Shown here in pieces: positions 52,490 through 62,403 of a stretch of 64,000 bases of DNA (the first letter of the stretch is position 1; each line of letters opens with the position of its first letter). The translations under genes were made by a program, and so were the position numbers. The notes under the pieces were generated by a model. That model was not told where the DNA came from and did not search any database. It was given only the letters and a program-made list of their open reading frames with translations. Origin of the DNA: Candidatus Acidiferrum sp. (GTDB taxonomy: Bacteria; Acidobacteriota; Terriglobia; Acidiferrales; UBA7541); the NCBI GenBank assembly GCA_035262885.1, contig DATFRZ010000063.1, positions 9,062 to 73,061 of the forward strand, read 5' to 3'.

Positions 52490-53533
52490 TTAAGCGATCG
52501 CTGAAGCCGAAGTATGTCTGCGGATGACGGTTTCCGCGAAACGTTCCATTTCTTCAAGTTGCGGGCTGAATTGCAGCAGGAAGAGATCCACGCCTGCTGC
52601 GTCAAATTGGGAGAGGCGCTCGGCAACTTGTTCGGGCGTTCCCACCAGACCGGAGCGCAACCCGCGGTTTGAAACGGAATAGTCTTCAAGAGAAACGCGC
52701 TGCTCCAGCTCCGTTCCTGCAAGCCATTGCTGGAAATTCGCGTAGCCCGCGGCCGTCTGCTTCACGTCCGTGATGCGCCGAACCTCGTCCTGCGCTTCGC
52801 GCTCGGTTTCGCGGACAATGGCGTAGCCGGCAACACCGAATTTCAGCGAGGCCAGGTTGTACTTCGCGCGGCGTCCGCAAAGATCCGCGATTTTCTCTCG
52901 TACGCGTTCGGGCGGATCGCCGTGCATCAAGTAGGCGTCGCACTTTGCGGCGATCAATTCCTTTGCCGCGGGGGACTCGCCCCCCGCATAAAGCGTGGGC
53001 CGCGGTTTGGCCACCGGCTTGGGTTCGAGAACGTTATCTTCCACGCGGTAATACTTGCCGGAGTACGAAAAATGATCTTGCTTCCACACGCCATCGAGAA
53101 CGTCGAGCCATTCGCTGGTGCGCGCGTACCGGTCGTCGTGCTGCTCGAACACCACGCCGTATTTGCGGGCTTCGTCGGCCCACCAGGAAGAAACGACATT
53201 CAGCGTGAGGCGCCCGTTGCTGATGTGATCGATGTTGGCCGCTTGCTTTGCCAGCAAAGCGGGCAGATGGAACGTAGGACGCACCGCCACCATCAACTCA
53301 ATTTTCTCGGTGACTGCAGCCAGCGCCGCCGTGGTCGACAAAGCATCGAGTGAGTCGGCCTCCACGCCCTTGATGTCATTCAAATTGAGTTCCGCGATGA
53401 GCGTCACGTCGAAGCCGATTTGTTCGCTGCGCTGCGCGAGCCGTTTCACGTACGGCCACGTCGCTTGCATGTTTTCGTTTTCGACGTTGCGCAGCCATCC
53501 GCCAAAAACAGGCAGCCAGTATCCGTATCTCAT
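52490..53533 (-). CDS. LLM-class flavin-dependent monooxygenase (SsuD/SfnG-like)
   Basis: YWLPVFGG, AVRP, IDHISNGRL, YAGGES, LVGTPEQVAERL. Confidence 0.9.
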   Translation of the reverse strand: MRYGYWLPVFGGWLRNVENENMQATWPYVKRLAQRSEQIGFDVTLIAELNLNDIKGVEADSLDALSTTAALAAVTEKIELMVAVRPTFHLPALLAKQAANIDHISNGRLTLNVVSSWWADEARKYGVVFEQHDDRYARTSEWLDVLDGVWKQDHFSYSGKYYRVEDNVLEPKPVAKPRPTLYAGGESPAAKELIAAKCDAYLMHGDPPERVREKIADLCGRRAKYNLASLKFGVAGYAIVRETEREAQDEVRRITDVKQTAAGYANFQQWLAGTELEQRVSLEDYSVSNRGLRSGLVGTPEQVAERLSQFDAAGVDLFLLQFSPQLEEMERFAETVIRRHTSASAIA

Positions 53534-54552
53534 CGTGGGCCTCCCGTGGCGGCAACGCGATCCACGTCGCTGGCTGCGTGGCGCTGAGCTTCTGCAATCA
53601 GGAAATCTGCCAGCCGCGCGTAGGGATTGAATCCAATGACGCGGACCGGGTCGGCGACAAAATTCGAAAGTGCGTTCACGTCGTAGTAAAGCTGGCGGCC
53701 GGTCCGTTCGTCAAAAACGTATTCAATGCCGCCCACTTCCACTCCGGCGAGCTCGACAATGCGCTCGACATCTTCGATGACTTGACGCGGCGGCTCGTAA
53801 CCCTCGACTTTCATACCGGTCTTGGGCGCGTCCACCGGGCAGGCGATGCGCGTCAGTTCGTCGCCGCGAGTGTTTTGACAAATGTCTGCCGGACAGAGGT
53901 TGAAACTCTCACCGGTGACGTGAATTCGAATGGCGTAGAGATACTTGCCGCCGAGCACTTCAACCCGCGTGATGATCCCGTCGCGGGCGGTGAAGGCCTC
54001 CTGTACAAGTGCGGTCGAATCGATGCCGAAGTAGAGGCGATCCTCTTTGACGGCGGCGCGCAACTGCTCGCGAGAACTAAACCTCTCAATTCCTGCGCCG
54101 CTCCCTCCAATGTTCGGCTTCAACACAACTGGATAGCCGACGGCCTCGGCCGCCGCCAATGTCTGCGAGGAGTGATGGATGACCCGAGCTTTGGGATAGG
54201 GCAGACCAAGTTTTTCCAGATTGGTTAGCTGCAGAGCTTTGGAAGTCTCGTGCAAAAAACAGCGATAGCCATTCACCACGCGCACGCCCTTTGCTTCGAG
54301 GTGCGCGAGATAATTCAGGGTATAGAAGATTCCGTGAGCCAGCCCGCGCTGCCACGCGGAAGGGCTCATGCGGTTGAAAAGCAACGAGTGTTCGCGTTCG
54401 GGTGAAGCCGCGTCGTAGTGATGATGACGTGCGTCAAGCTTGACCCAGTTCACGCCGCGCTCGTCGAGCTGCTGAAATAACGGACGGAACCAATCCGGAT
54501 GCTCGTAATAAATGGCGATGGGCTTGTTCAACTTGAAGCCGTTGTCGTTCAT
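53530..54552 (-). CDS. ATP-grasp protein (RimK / glutathione synthetase-like)
   Basis: NRMSPS, YPVVLKPNIGGSGAG, LVQE, GGIEY, YDVNALSNF. Confidence 0.85.
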   Translation of the reverse strand: MNDNGFKLNKPIAIYYEHPDWFRPLFQQLDERGVNWVKLDARHHHYDAASPEREHSLLFNRMSPSAWQRGLAHGIFYTLNYLAHLEAKGVRVVNGYRCFLHETSKALQLTNLEKLGLPYPKARVIHHSSQTLAAAEAVGYPVVLKPNIGGSGAGIERFSSREQLRAAVKEDRLYFGIDSTALVQEAFTARDGIITRVEVLGGKYLYAIRIHVTGESFNLCPADICQNTRGDELTRIACPVDAPKTGMKVEGYEPPRQVIEDVERIVELAGVEVGGIEYVFDERTGRQLYYDVNALSNFVADPVRVIGFNPYARLADFLIAEAQRHAASDVDRVAATGGPR

Positions 54553-54609
54553 TTTCGCACTCGTATTGACTGTCTCATCAGATAGGAAAGGACTGCAAGC
54601 CGTTCGTTT

Positions 54610-55395
54610 TTATTCCGCAGAGAGAAGATCGGGCCGGTTGCGGCGCGTCTTTTCGATGGCGGCGGCACGGCGCCACTTGGCGACTTCCGCGTGGTTTCCG
54701 CCCATAAGAATTTCCGGCACTTTCCAGCCCCGGTATTCGGCGGGACGTGTGTAATGTGGAAAGTCCAGGAGCATGTGACCCGTGACTCGTGACTCGTGAC
54801 TCGCGAGTTGCGACTCGATCTCAGCCTTGCCCCGCAAGTCTTGGCGGGCACCAAAAGATTCGTTCTGCGAAGAGGCTTCATTGCCGAGCGCTCCTGGGAT
54901 AAGCCGCGTGACGGCATCTAGGACAAGCAGGGCGGGCAGCTCGCCGCCGCTCAAGACAAAATCGCCGATGGAAATCTCCTCAGTGGCCAAGTGCTCGGCC
55001 ACACGTTCGTCCACGCCCTCATAGCGCCCGCAGATCAACACGACGCGATTGAAACGTGCATACCTTTGCGCCCTCTCCTGATCGAAGAGTTTTCCCGCAG
55101 CGGACATGAGCACGATTGCGGTACGCGGATCTGGCGCCGTCTGCGCCGCCGCATCGCCGACACGGTGGCCCAACAAAGACTCGACGGCTTCAAATAGCGG
55201 CTCGGGCTTCAACACCATGCCTTCGCCACCGCCAAAGGGCCGGTCGTCCACGGTCCGGTGACGGTCTTTGGTGAACTCCCGCAGATCCTGAACGTGCACG
55301 TCGATCAGCTCGGCTTCGCGCGCACGGCGGACGATCCCGTGCTCGAGCGCTCCCGTAAAAAACTCAGGAAAAATGGTAATAAGATCAAAGCGCAT
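54610..55395 (-). CDS. trmD: tRNA (guanine37-N1)-methyltransferase
   Basis: [41 protein letters not shown]. Confidence 0.96.
   Translation of the reverse strand: MRFDLITIFPEFFTGALEHGIVRRAREAELIDVHVQDLREFTKDRHRTVDDRPFGGGEGMVLKPEPLFEAVESLLGHRVGDAAAQTAPDPRTAIVLMSAAGKLFDQERAQRYARFNRVVLICGRYEGVDERVAEHLATEEISIGDFVLSGGELPALLVLDAVTRLIPGALGNEASSQNESFGARQDLRGKAEIESQLASHESRVTGHMLLDFPHYTRPAEYRGWKVPEILMGGNHAEVAKWRRAAAIEKTRRNRPDLLSAE
54775..54816. repeat. Heptamer tandem repeat inside trmD
   Basis: gtgaccc gtgactc gtgactc gtgactc gcgagtt gcgactc (42 nt, frame-preserving). Confidence 0.85.
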
Positions 55396-55618
55396 ACTGT
55401 TACGAGTGTAGACAATTCCGGTCATCGCTCCAACCCTCTGGCAGCATTCGAGAATCCGCTTGCGCCATTACGCCGTAAACGCTTACGATGCCCCGAAGCG
55501 ATGGCCCTATTCTGGACTTCAGGACAGCTTGTGCGCTCCATGGTGCGGCCTTAACCTCTTGTTTCTGTTGAGGATACCTGCTTGGGCAGAGACGTTTGGA
55601 ATAGCGAGATCAGGCGAC

Positions 55619-55640
55619 ACGCGCGGCTAGATTTGCAACC
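55619..55640 (+). repeat. Direct repeat, left copy
   Basis: acgcgcggctagatttgcaacc. Confidence 0.7.
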
Positions 55641-55676
55641 CTGCGGTTCCCGCATCTTGCAGCGGAGGCAATTTCC

Positions 55677-57938
55677 ATGGTCTTCACGTCCCGTTTCCGC
55701 CGACTGATCGCGTTTCTTATCGTCACACCGGCTTCGCTCCCGCCCGTTGGATGTGGTGGCGCGTACGGCGGAGGAGGCAACGGCAGTCGAGGGGCCAACC
55801 CGCCAGGAGCGCCGACCGGTTTGACGGCGACGGCAGGCAACGCCGTGGTGAATCTCTCCTGGACCGCCGGTTCCACTGCGACCGGCTACTACGTGAAGCG
55901 CTCGACCACCGCAGGCACGGAGGCACAGATCGCCAGCGTCACTGCGACCGCTTATGCGGACACCTCGGTCAACAACGGCACGACCTACTATTATGTGGTC
56001 TCGGCCTACAATTCCTATGGAACGAGCGCGAATTCGAACGAAGCCAGCACCACGCCCTCTGCGCCAGTCAATCCTCCGTCCGCACCAAACGGCCTGCAAG
56101 CCATGGCCGGGCCTGGCCAGGTCAGCTTGAGTTGGACCGCTAGCGCCGGAGCTTCGAGTTATCACGTCAAGCGCTCCATTACGAACGGCAGCGGGTACGT
56201 CCAAATCGCTGCCCCCACCTTCACGAGTTATACCGATACTGGGTTGACCAACGGGACGACCTACTACTACGTCGTGTCAGCACTAAACACGGCAGGTGAA
56301 AGCTCGAACTCGACGCAAGTCTCGGCCACGCCTGCAAACGCCGCTGCGGACGTGACCATCACCATCGATCCCACGAATTCCAAGCCAATCTCGCCGTGGA
56401 TTTACGGTACGAATTTCTATTCGGGAAACACCAGCCCGCAACCAAACTTCACTTTCGACCGTGCCGGTGGCAACCGTTGGACGGCCTACAACTGGATCAA
56501 CAACGGTTCGAATGCAGGCAGCGACTACTTCTACGAGAATGACAATTATTTATGCAATGGGAGCTGCGATGCGAGCATTCCCGCGGAAGCCGTGCGCACG
56601 TTCATCGCCGGCGATCAAACTGCCGGGCTGGCAAGCTTGGTGACGCTGCAACTACAAGGCTATGTGTCGGTAGACACGACAACGGTTCAGGTGCCCCCAC
56701 CCTTCCCGAACCTGACGTATTTCCGGCCGGTGGTTTCCAAAAAAAGTACGGCATCCCCGGCCCCTTTCACGGTTACGCCTCCGCCGGCAACCACCGATAA
56801 CAATGTGTACATGGACGAGTTCGCCTGGGCATTGGATCAGAAGTTCCCAACCATGAACATTTTTGCGGCCAATGCGACGCATCCCACCTTTATCAGCCTG
56901 GACAACGAGGCGGATCTGTGGAATTCCACTCATCAGGAGATTCAGGGCTCAACCAATGTCTCGACGGCCAACTTCATCACCAAGACGGTTACCCTGGCAA
57001 GAGCTTTGAAGGATCTGCGACTACAGTTTCCGAACCAATTCTCCAATGTAGTGATCTTTGGCCCTGTGAACTACGGCTTTAATGGCATTTACAGTTGGCA
57101 AGGCGACCCTACATTGAGCCCGACTCCGACCGGAACGAACTGGTTCGCGGACAAATACTTAGCCGGTATCTATGCTGCTTCGGCCACGTATGGAGCGCCG
57201 CTCGTGGATGTTTACGACTTCCATTGGTATTCGGAGGCCACAGATGGCACAACCCGAGTGATTAACATGACTGGTTCCACCCTGACTGATCCTCAGGTCC
57301 AAGCTATCGTTCAGAGCCCGCGCAGTTTATGGGATACGACCTTCAAAGAGGACTCCTGGATCACCAACAATGTCCTTGGCGGTCCGATCTACATCCTGGG
57401 CCGTCTCCAGGCGAAAATTGCCGCCGCGAATCCAGGAATGAAAATCGCCATCACCGAATATGAAAACGGCGGTTTTAACCACATCGCCGGGACCATCGCC
57501 CAAGCCGACAATCTAGGCATCTTTGGCAGCATGGGAATCTTTGCCGCGAACTTCTGGCCGCCCAGCGGCACCTATTCATATACTCTCGCGGGCTTTCGCG
57601 CCTATCGCGATTTTGATGGAGCTGGCTCAGACTTCGGTGACACTTCATTGGCAACAACTTCCAGCGAGGTCGCCGGCGTGGTTGTTTACGCCAGTACGGA
57701 CACAACCGCTCCCGGGCGCGTTGTGTTTGTGGCGATCAACCGTTCCAATTCACAAAAGGTGACAGCCATCAACGGCCAGGTGCTATCTGGCACCGCCCAC
57801 GTGTATCAAATGACGGCGGCTACAGCCGCAGCGCAAACCGTGGTCCAACCCGTCTCCCTCGGAACGCTGGCGGCAAGCGGCACGTCTCTGACGGTCACGC
57901 TTCCCGCCTATAGCGTCACAACCATTGACGTTCACTAA
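55677..57938 (+). CDS. GH44 endoglucanase/xyloglucanase with two FN3 domains, probable lipoprotein
   Basis: VGCGG lipobox-like; two FN3 (NGTTYYYVVSA); RAGGNRWTAYNW, LDNEADLW, DFHWY, ITEY. Confidence 0.88.
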   Translation: MVFTSRFRRLIAFLIVTPASLPPVGCGGAYGGGGNGSRGANPPGAPTGLTATAGNAVVNLSWTAGSTATGYYVKRSTTAGTEAQIASVTATAYADTSVNNGTTYYYVVSAYNSYGTSANSNEASTTPSAPVNPPSAPNGLQAMAGPGQVSLSWTASAGASSYHVKRSITNGSGYVQIAAPTFTSYTDTGLTNGTTYYYVVSALNTAGESSNSTQVSATPANAAADVTITIDPTNSKPISPWIYGTNFYSGNTSPQPNFTFDRAGGNRWTAYNWINNGSNAGSDYFYENDNYLCNGSCDASIPAEAVRTFIAGDQTAGLASLVTLQLQGYVSVDTTTVQVPPPFPNLTYFRPVVSKKSTASPAPFTVTPPPATTDNNVYMDEFAWALDQKFPTMNIFAANATHPTFISLDNEADLWNSTHQEIQGSTNVSTANFITKTVTLARALKDLRLQFPNQFSNVVIFGPVNYGFNGIYSWQGDPTLSPTPTGTNWFADKYLAGIYAASATYGAPLVDVYDFHWYSEATDGTTRVINMTGSTLTDPQVQAIVQSPRSLWDTTFKEDSWITNNVLGGPIYILGRLQAKIAAANPGMKIAITEYENGGFNHIAGTIAQADNLGIFGSMGIFAANFWPPSGTYSYTLAGFRAYRDFDGAGSDFGDTSLATTSSEVAGVVVYASTDTTAPGRVVFVAINRSNSQKVTAINGQVLSGTAHVYQMTAATAAAQTVVQPVSLGTLAASGTSLTVTLPAYSVTTIDVH

Positions 57939-57958
57939 CGCGCGCTGGATTTGCAACC
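57938..57958 (+). repeat. Direct repeat, right copy
   Basis: acgcgcgctggatttgcaacc. Confidence 0.7.
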
Positions 57959-57970
57959 GGCAAAGAGAAA

Positions 57971-58585
57971 TCAATGTTCCGGTTGGTTGAGTTCGCGCAG
58001 GCCTTCCGGCAGCATCACATCGATGCGACGGGCGCGCGGATCGATTTTTGTGCAGATATCTCCCGCCAAAGGAATGAGCAGTTCCCCCTGCGAAGTGTCC
58101 ACTTCGAGGAGCGGCGTTCCTGCGATCTCTTCGCCGGGAAACTGAACATCGCGGACCGTGCCGAGCAAGGCAGGAGCTTCGGCAAGCGAGCACGGTGAAG
58201 AGGCCGCGACCGGTACGTTTGAAGGCGTTTCAAACACGCTGCAGCCAATAAGGTCGGATACAAAATGCCACCCTTCCGGCAAACTCGCGCGTTGCTCGAG
58301 CGGCAGCAGGACTTCGAATCCGCGCAGCTTCTCCGCTTCAGAAATCGAGTTCACACCTGCAAAATGAAAAACCATCTGGCTGCGATGGTTCTGGTTCAAC
58401 CAGCAGGATTTGAGCACGGTGCGCTGCGGCTTGCTATTGTCTTGGGGCGCACCAAGAAAAACTTCCTGTAATCTCGTGAGCCGTTCGGGAAAATCGGTGA
58501 GGACTTCTGCAGCGACTTCGCCTTTATTTCCTCGCGCACGAAGGATGCGCGCCACCAAGACCCAGCGTGGAGTGTCAGAGCTCAA
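57971..58585 (-). CDS. rimM: Ribosome maturation factor RimM
   Basis: RARGNKGEV, AEKLRG, DLIGCSV, LLIP, LPEGL; start uncertain. Confidence 0.92.
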   Translation of the reverse strand: MSSDTPRWVLVARILRARGNKGEVAAEVLTDFPERLTRLQEVFLGAPQDNSKPQRTVLKSCWLNQNHRSQMVFHFAGVNSISEAEKLRGFEVLLPLEQRASLPEGWHFVSDLIGCSVFETPSNVPVAASSPCSLAEAPALLGTVRDVQFPGEEIAGTPLLEVDTSQGELLIPLAGDICTKIDPRARRIDVMLPEGLRELNQPEH

Positions 58586-58646
58586 GGTTTTGCAGATTTT
58601 GATGCGAAAGTTGCAGCGGCGCAAACCCGAGGCAGCAACAGGAACG

Positions 58647-58880
58647 TCAGTCTTCGAGAATCTCGAGTGTAAACCGTTTCTTTAGTTTCATCCCCGCCGC
58701 GCCGAGAAGCGTGCGAACCGCCTTGGCCGTCCGCCCCTGGCGGCCAATCACTTTTCCCAAGTCCTCGGGATGGACGCGCAGCTCGAGCACCGTCACCTGC
58801 GATCCTTCCACGGACTTCACTTGAACGTCCTCGGGATGATCCACGAGCGCTCTGGCGATGGATTCGACCAGTTCCTTCAT
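58647..58880 (-). CDS. khpA: KH-domain RNA-binding protein
   Basis: [26 protein letters not shown]. Confidence 0.93.
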   Translation of the reverse strand: MKELVESIARALVDHPEDVQVKSVEGSQVTVLELRVHPEDLGKVIGRQGRTAKAVRTLLGAAGMKLKKRFTLEILED

Positions 58881-59041
58881 TTGGGCAACTCCGCTTGAGC
58901 TTATTTCCAGCGGCAACTTGCTGCGCCCTCCAGAAACGGTCAACGCCTCACTGGCACCATGGGGTAGTGAACCCTAACCGCCGTGGAATGGCGTCCGGGC
59001 CGGAGCGGCACGCCCAATGTTCAGGGAGCTGGGATGTGCGT

Positions 59042-59281
59042 TTACGCGATTTTCTGCTGACGTAGAAAACTGCGTACTGTATCACTGGGCTGCGCGCCCA
59101 GGCCAATCCAATGTTTGATGCGCTCGGCGTCGAGCTTAATCTCCGCGGGCTTTTTCAGCGGATCGTACGTTCCCACCGCTTCCTTGATGCGGCCGTCGCG
59201 TGGCCGGGTCCTCTCGATGACCACCACGCGGTAATAGGGCTTTTTCTTCTTGCCAATCCTGGACAAACGAATCGTGAGCAC
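59042..59281 (-). CDS. rpsP: 30S ribosomal protein S16
   Basis: IRLSRIG, PYYRVVV, PRDG, GTYDP, GAQPSDTV; RBS aggagg, GTG start. Confidence 0.96.
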   Translation of the reverse strand: MLTIRLSRIGKKKKPYYRVVVIERTRPRDGRIKEAVGTYDPLKKPAEIKLDAERIKHWIGLGAQPSDTVRSFLRQQKIA

Positions 59282-59512
59282 TAACTCAATCCTCCTAAAC
59301 TTTGACATTGTAGCCTGTCTCGGTGCCTTGCAGCAACAAAGTTTCATAGGGGTAAAACTATTTACGTCGTACCGGTTGTTGGGCTGGAATTACCCAGCAG
59401 AAGGGTCGGGGCGCTTCGGCTCGGGGTCAAGCCCAGGAACCCAGCCGACGGAAGCAGGCCGGTGCTTCATACGACTCCCTTTGCCGCCATGCGGTTGTCT
59501 AACCAACGGGGA

Positions 59513-61642
59513 ATGCATAGACTAGCCTCAGTCTTAGCGAGGTCGCCCTTGCTACCCTCCAGCAAGTTTTCTCAATTGGTCCTCGCGGTTGCTTCCTTGC
59601 TCACCGTCTTGGTCATCCTTGTTGTAAGAGAGGCGGACCATCTGGCGAAGAGCCAACTCCTTTCCGATCTTCTGCAAACAGCGCTGGTCTTGTGTTCCGG
59701 GGTCTCTGCCATCCGGGCGACCCTGCGTTCCTCCGAATATTTGCGCCGTCTCTGGCGGCTGTTTACGGTTTCATTGTTTCTGGTGGTTGTCGCCCAGGTT
59801 GTTGAAACCTATTACGAGAGCATGGCCTTCCAGCCGTTCGCAACGCCCTGGCCTTCGGACATCATTTTTATTCTGTGGGTGATTCCAGCACTGATCATGT
59901 TGCTGCCACGGCCCGATGAAAAGTCCGTCAGCATCCCTTGGGAAACGATGCTCGACTTTTCGCAAGTGGCCATCGTCGCCCTCACTGCCTACCTATATTT
60001 CTTCTACCTCACGTCCCGGTGGGAAGCCGAAGGGCAGCGGCTCGTCATGAACGAGATTCAGCTGCAATTGTATCGGGACCTAGCCATAGCCGTCGCGTTT
60101 CTGATCCGCTCCCGCAGCGAATCTCAGCCCGTCAGAGTACTGTTCCGTCGTGTTTCGCTGTTTTTTCTCCTAAGCGTGGCCTCCTCGCTCGCCTATCTAA
60201 TCAGCTTGCCTGCGCCCGTCTACCGAGCAAACTGGTATGACGTCGTGTGGTGCGTCCCCTATCTCTTTGCGACGGCCTTCGCCTCCGGATGGAAAACAGA
60301 ATCGGCTGCCACGGCGAAGGAACAAGCGCCTTCGGGAAGAACCAAGATTTTTTTGCGAGTGTTACCGGCTGCCGTGCCGCTTCTCGTCCTGGCGATGAGC
60401 CGGCGAATCGCACAGGAACAAGTTACGCTCGCCTGGGCAGCAATCACGGCATCCTTCCTCATCTCTACGGCGCGCTTGATTTTGACGAATGAGAAGCAGC
60501 TGCGCATCGCAGACAATTTGCGCAAAGCCGAAGCCGCTCTTCGAACGAGCGAGGAACGTTTCCGCACACTCGTTGAGAACTTGCATGTCGGCGTGGCTCT
60601 GATGGGACCCGGAGCAGAGATTCTGTTTGCGAATAGCGCGGCACTGAAGATGTTTGGTCTCTCTTCCGAGCAGGTCATTGGAAAAACCTCAGAGGAGCTG
60701 GGACTAATCGCGCTTCGCGAAGATGGAACGGAATATCCGTTTGTCACGCGGCCTGCCCTACGGGCCTTGGCGACAGGACAGCCTCTGCGTGGCGAAGTCA
60801 TGGGTTGGCGGCGTCCCGGAGAGGAAGAGATACTCTGGATCCTCGGCGAAGTCGTGCCTCTATCGAGCAAGGACGGCCAGCCGGACCGGCTGGTTACCGC
60901 CTTCAGCGACATCACCAAACGCAAAGAAGCGGAAGAGGCCTTGCACCATCTTTCAGCCCGTTTGCTTCGCCTTCAGGACGAGGAACGCCGAAGGCTGGGT
61001 CGGGAGCTTCACGACAGCCTGGCGCAGAGCGTGATGGCCGTGAACCTGGATCTGGTGCAGGTAATGCGTTCGTCGCTACCGCTAGACAAGACCGCGCGGA
61101 ACGCGTTGGCCGAAGCTCGGAAGGTGCTGCGGGAAATGTCGCGAGAGATTCGTACTCTTTCCTATTTGTTGCATCCACCAGTGCTCGACGAATTGGGCTT
61201 GGCCTCCGCTGTGAAGGAGTATGCGCAGGGATTCAGTAAACGAAGCGGCATCGCCTTGGAAATTGATATCCAGCCCGATTTCCCCAGAATGCCGCAAGAA
61301 GCGGAAACTGCGTTTTTCCGCATCGTGCAGGAAAGCCTGGCGAACATCCAGAAGCATTCCGGAAGCTCGACCGGAGCGATTCGCTTGTGGAACGGTCAAG
61401 GCCGCGTCCAGCTTGAGATCAGGGATCAGGGCCGCGGAATAGCCGCCAAATCCCGACGGGACGGCAGCGACGTCCCAAGGGCCTCTCGCTTGGGGGTCGG
61501 AATTCTCGGGATGCGCGAACGAATGGCGCAGTTGGGAGGAACCCTTGAAGTGCAATCTAATGCCTCGGGAACCGCAGTTCACGCTACAATCCTTTTAGTG
61601 CTCGAGGGAACCCATGGCGCCCCTTCGGATCCTGGTGGCTGA
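59513..61642 (+). CDS. Membrane PAS sensor histidine kinase (HisKA_3, NarX-like)
   Basis: Many TM helices, PAS domain, ERRRLGRELHD, QESLANIQKH, DQGRG, GMRER. Confidence 0.92.
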   Translation: MHRLASVLARSPLLPSSKFSQLVLAVASLLTVLVILVVREADHLAKSQLLSDLLQTALVLCSGVSAIRATLRSSEYLRRLWRLFTVSLFLVVVAQVVETYYESMAFQPFATPWPSDIIFILWVIPALIMLLPRPDEKSVSIPWETMLDFSQVAIVALTAYLYFFYLTSRWEAEGQRLVMNEIQLQLYRDLAIAVAFLIRSRSESQPVRVLFRRVSLFFLLSVASSLAYLISLPAPVYRANWYDVVWCVPYLFATAFASGWKTESAATAKEQAPSGRTKIFLRVLPAAVPLLVLAMSRRIAQEQVTLAWAAITASFLISTARLILTNEKQLRIADNLRKAEAALRTSEERFRTLVENLHVGVALMGPGAEILFANSAALKMFGLSSEQVIGKTSEELGLIALREDGTEYPFVTRPALRALATGQPLRGEVMGWRRPGEEEILWILGEVVPLSSKDGQPDRLVTAFSDITKRKEAEEALHHLSARLLRLQDEERRRLGRELHDSLAQSVMAVNLDLVQVMRSSLPLDKTARNALAEARKVLREMSREIRTLSYLLHPPVLDELGLASAVKEYAQGFSKRSGIALEIDIQPDFPRMPQEAETAFFRIVQESLANIQKHSGSSTGAIRLWNGQGRVQLEIRDQGRGIAAKSRRDGSDVPRASRLGVGILGMRERMAQLGGTLEVQSNASGTAVHATILLVLEGTHGAPSDPGG

Positions 61643-62258
61643 TGATCACCAGGTTGTGAGGACCGGGCTCCGAACTTTGCTGGAGTCCAAAGCCGGGTGG
61701 CAGGTTTGCGCCGAAGCGGCCAATGGGCGAGAGGCCGTAGAAAAAGCTGGCGAGCTGCAGCCCGACGTGGCCGTACTGGACATTGGAATGCCCTTGTTGA
61801 ATGGCGTGGAGGCCACACGCCAGATCCGCAAAGTATCTCCTCAAACAGAAATCCTCATTTTGACCATGTACGACTCGGAGCAAATGATCCAAGGAGTCTG
61901 GGAGGCAGGGGCGTGCGGGTACATCCTGAAGGACGACGCGGACAGAAACCTGCTTGCAGCCGTGGATTCCTTGCGCCGGCACAAGCCGTATTTATCCTCC
62001 CGCGTTTCCCTGCCTGCCGCATCCGTTCAACCGGATGCCGATGGAGTGGAGCGCCCGGGTCGGCGCTTGACTCCACGCGAGCGTGAAATCGTTCAACTGC
62101 TCGCGGAAGGAAAAACCAACAAAGAAATCGCTACTTTTCTCAACATCAGCGTGAAAACCGCGGAAACCCATCGCGCCAACATCATGCTCAAAATGAATTT
62201 CCATTCGGTTACGCAATTAGTCCGCTACGCAGTGAAAAACAAAATCATCCAACCTTAA
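61614..62258 (+). CDS. NarL/LuxR-family response regulator
   Basis: VADDH, VLDIGMP, LTPREREI, KTAETHRANIM. Confidence 0.94.
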   Translation: MAPLRILVADDHQVVRTGLRTLLESKAGWQVCAEAANGREAVEKAGELQPDVAVLDIGMPLLNGVEATRQIRKVSPQTEILILTMYDSEQMIQGVWEAGACGYILKDDADRNLLAAVDSLRRHKPYLSSRVSLPAASVQPDADGVERPGRRLTPREREIVQLLAEGKTNKEIATFLNISVKTAETHRANIMLKMNFHSVTQLVRYAVKNKIIQP

Positions 62259-62296
62259 CTGGCCCGCCTCAGCTCCACCCTACTCCAACGTTCTAC

Positions 62297-62322
62297 AGGG
62301 AAACCCCTAGGGAATCCGCCGA
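62297..62322. promoter_or_regulatory. Candidate tandem NarL/LuxR-type binding boxes
   Basis: AGGGAAACCCCT overlapping TAGGGAATCCGCCGA, upstream of the next receiver gene. Confidence 0.35.
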
Positions 62323-62403
62323 ATTTCAAAAGCGCGCGACGGCGTGCATCCTTTTGTTACAGACGCGTTACAAATTTGCCCCCACGTGTCAGGAGCGTAT
62401 GCG

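Noticed and set aside
59371-59465. SRP RNA upstream of rpsP
   Set aside because: GC-rich and contains GGAAGCAG, but lacks the CAGG..GNRA..AGCAG helix-8 geometry.
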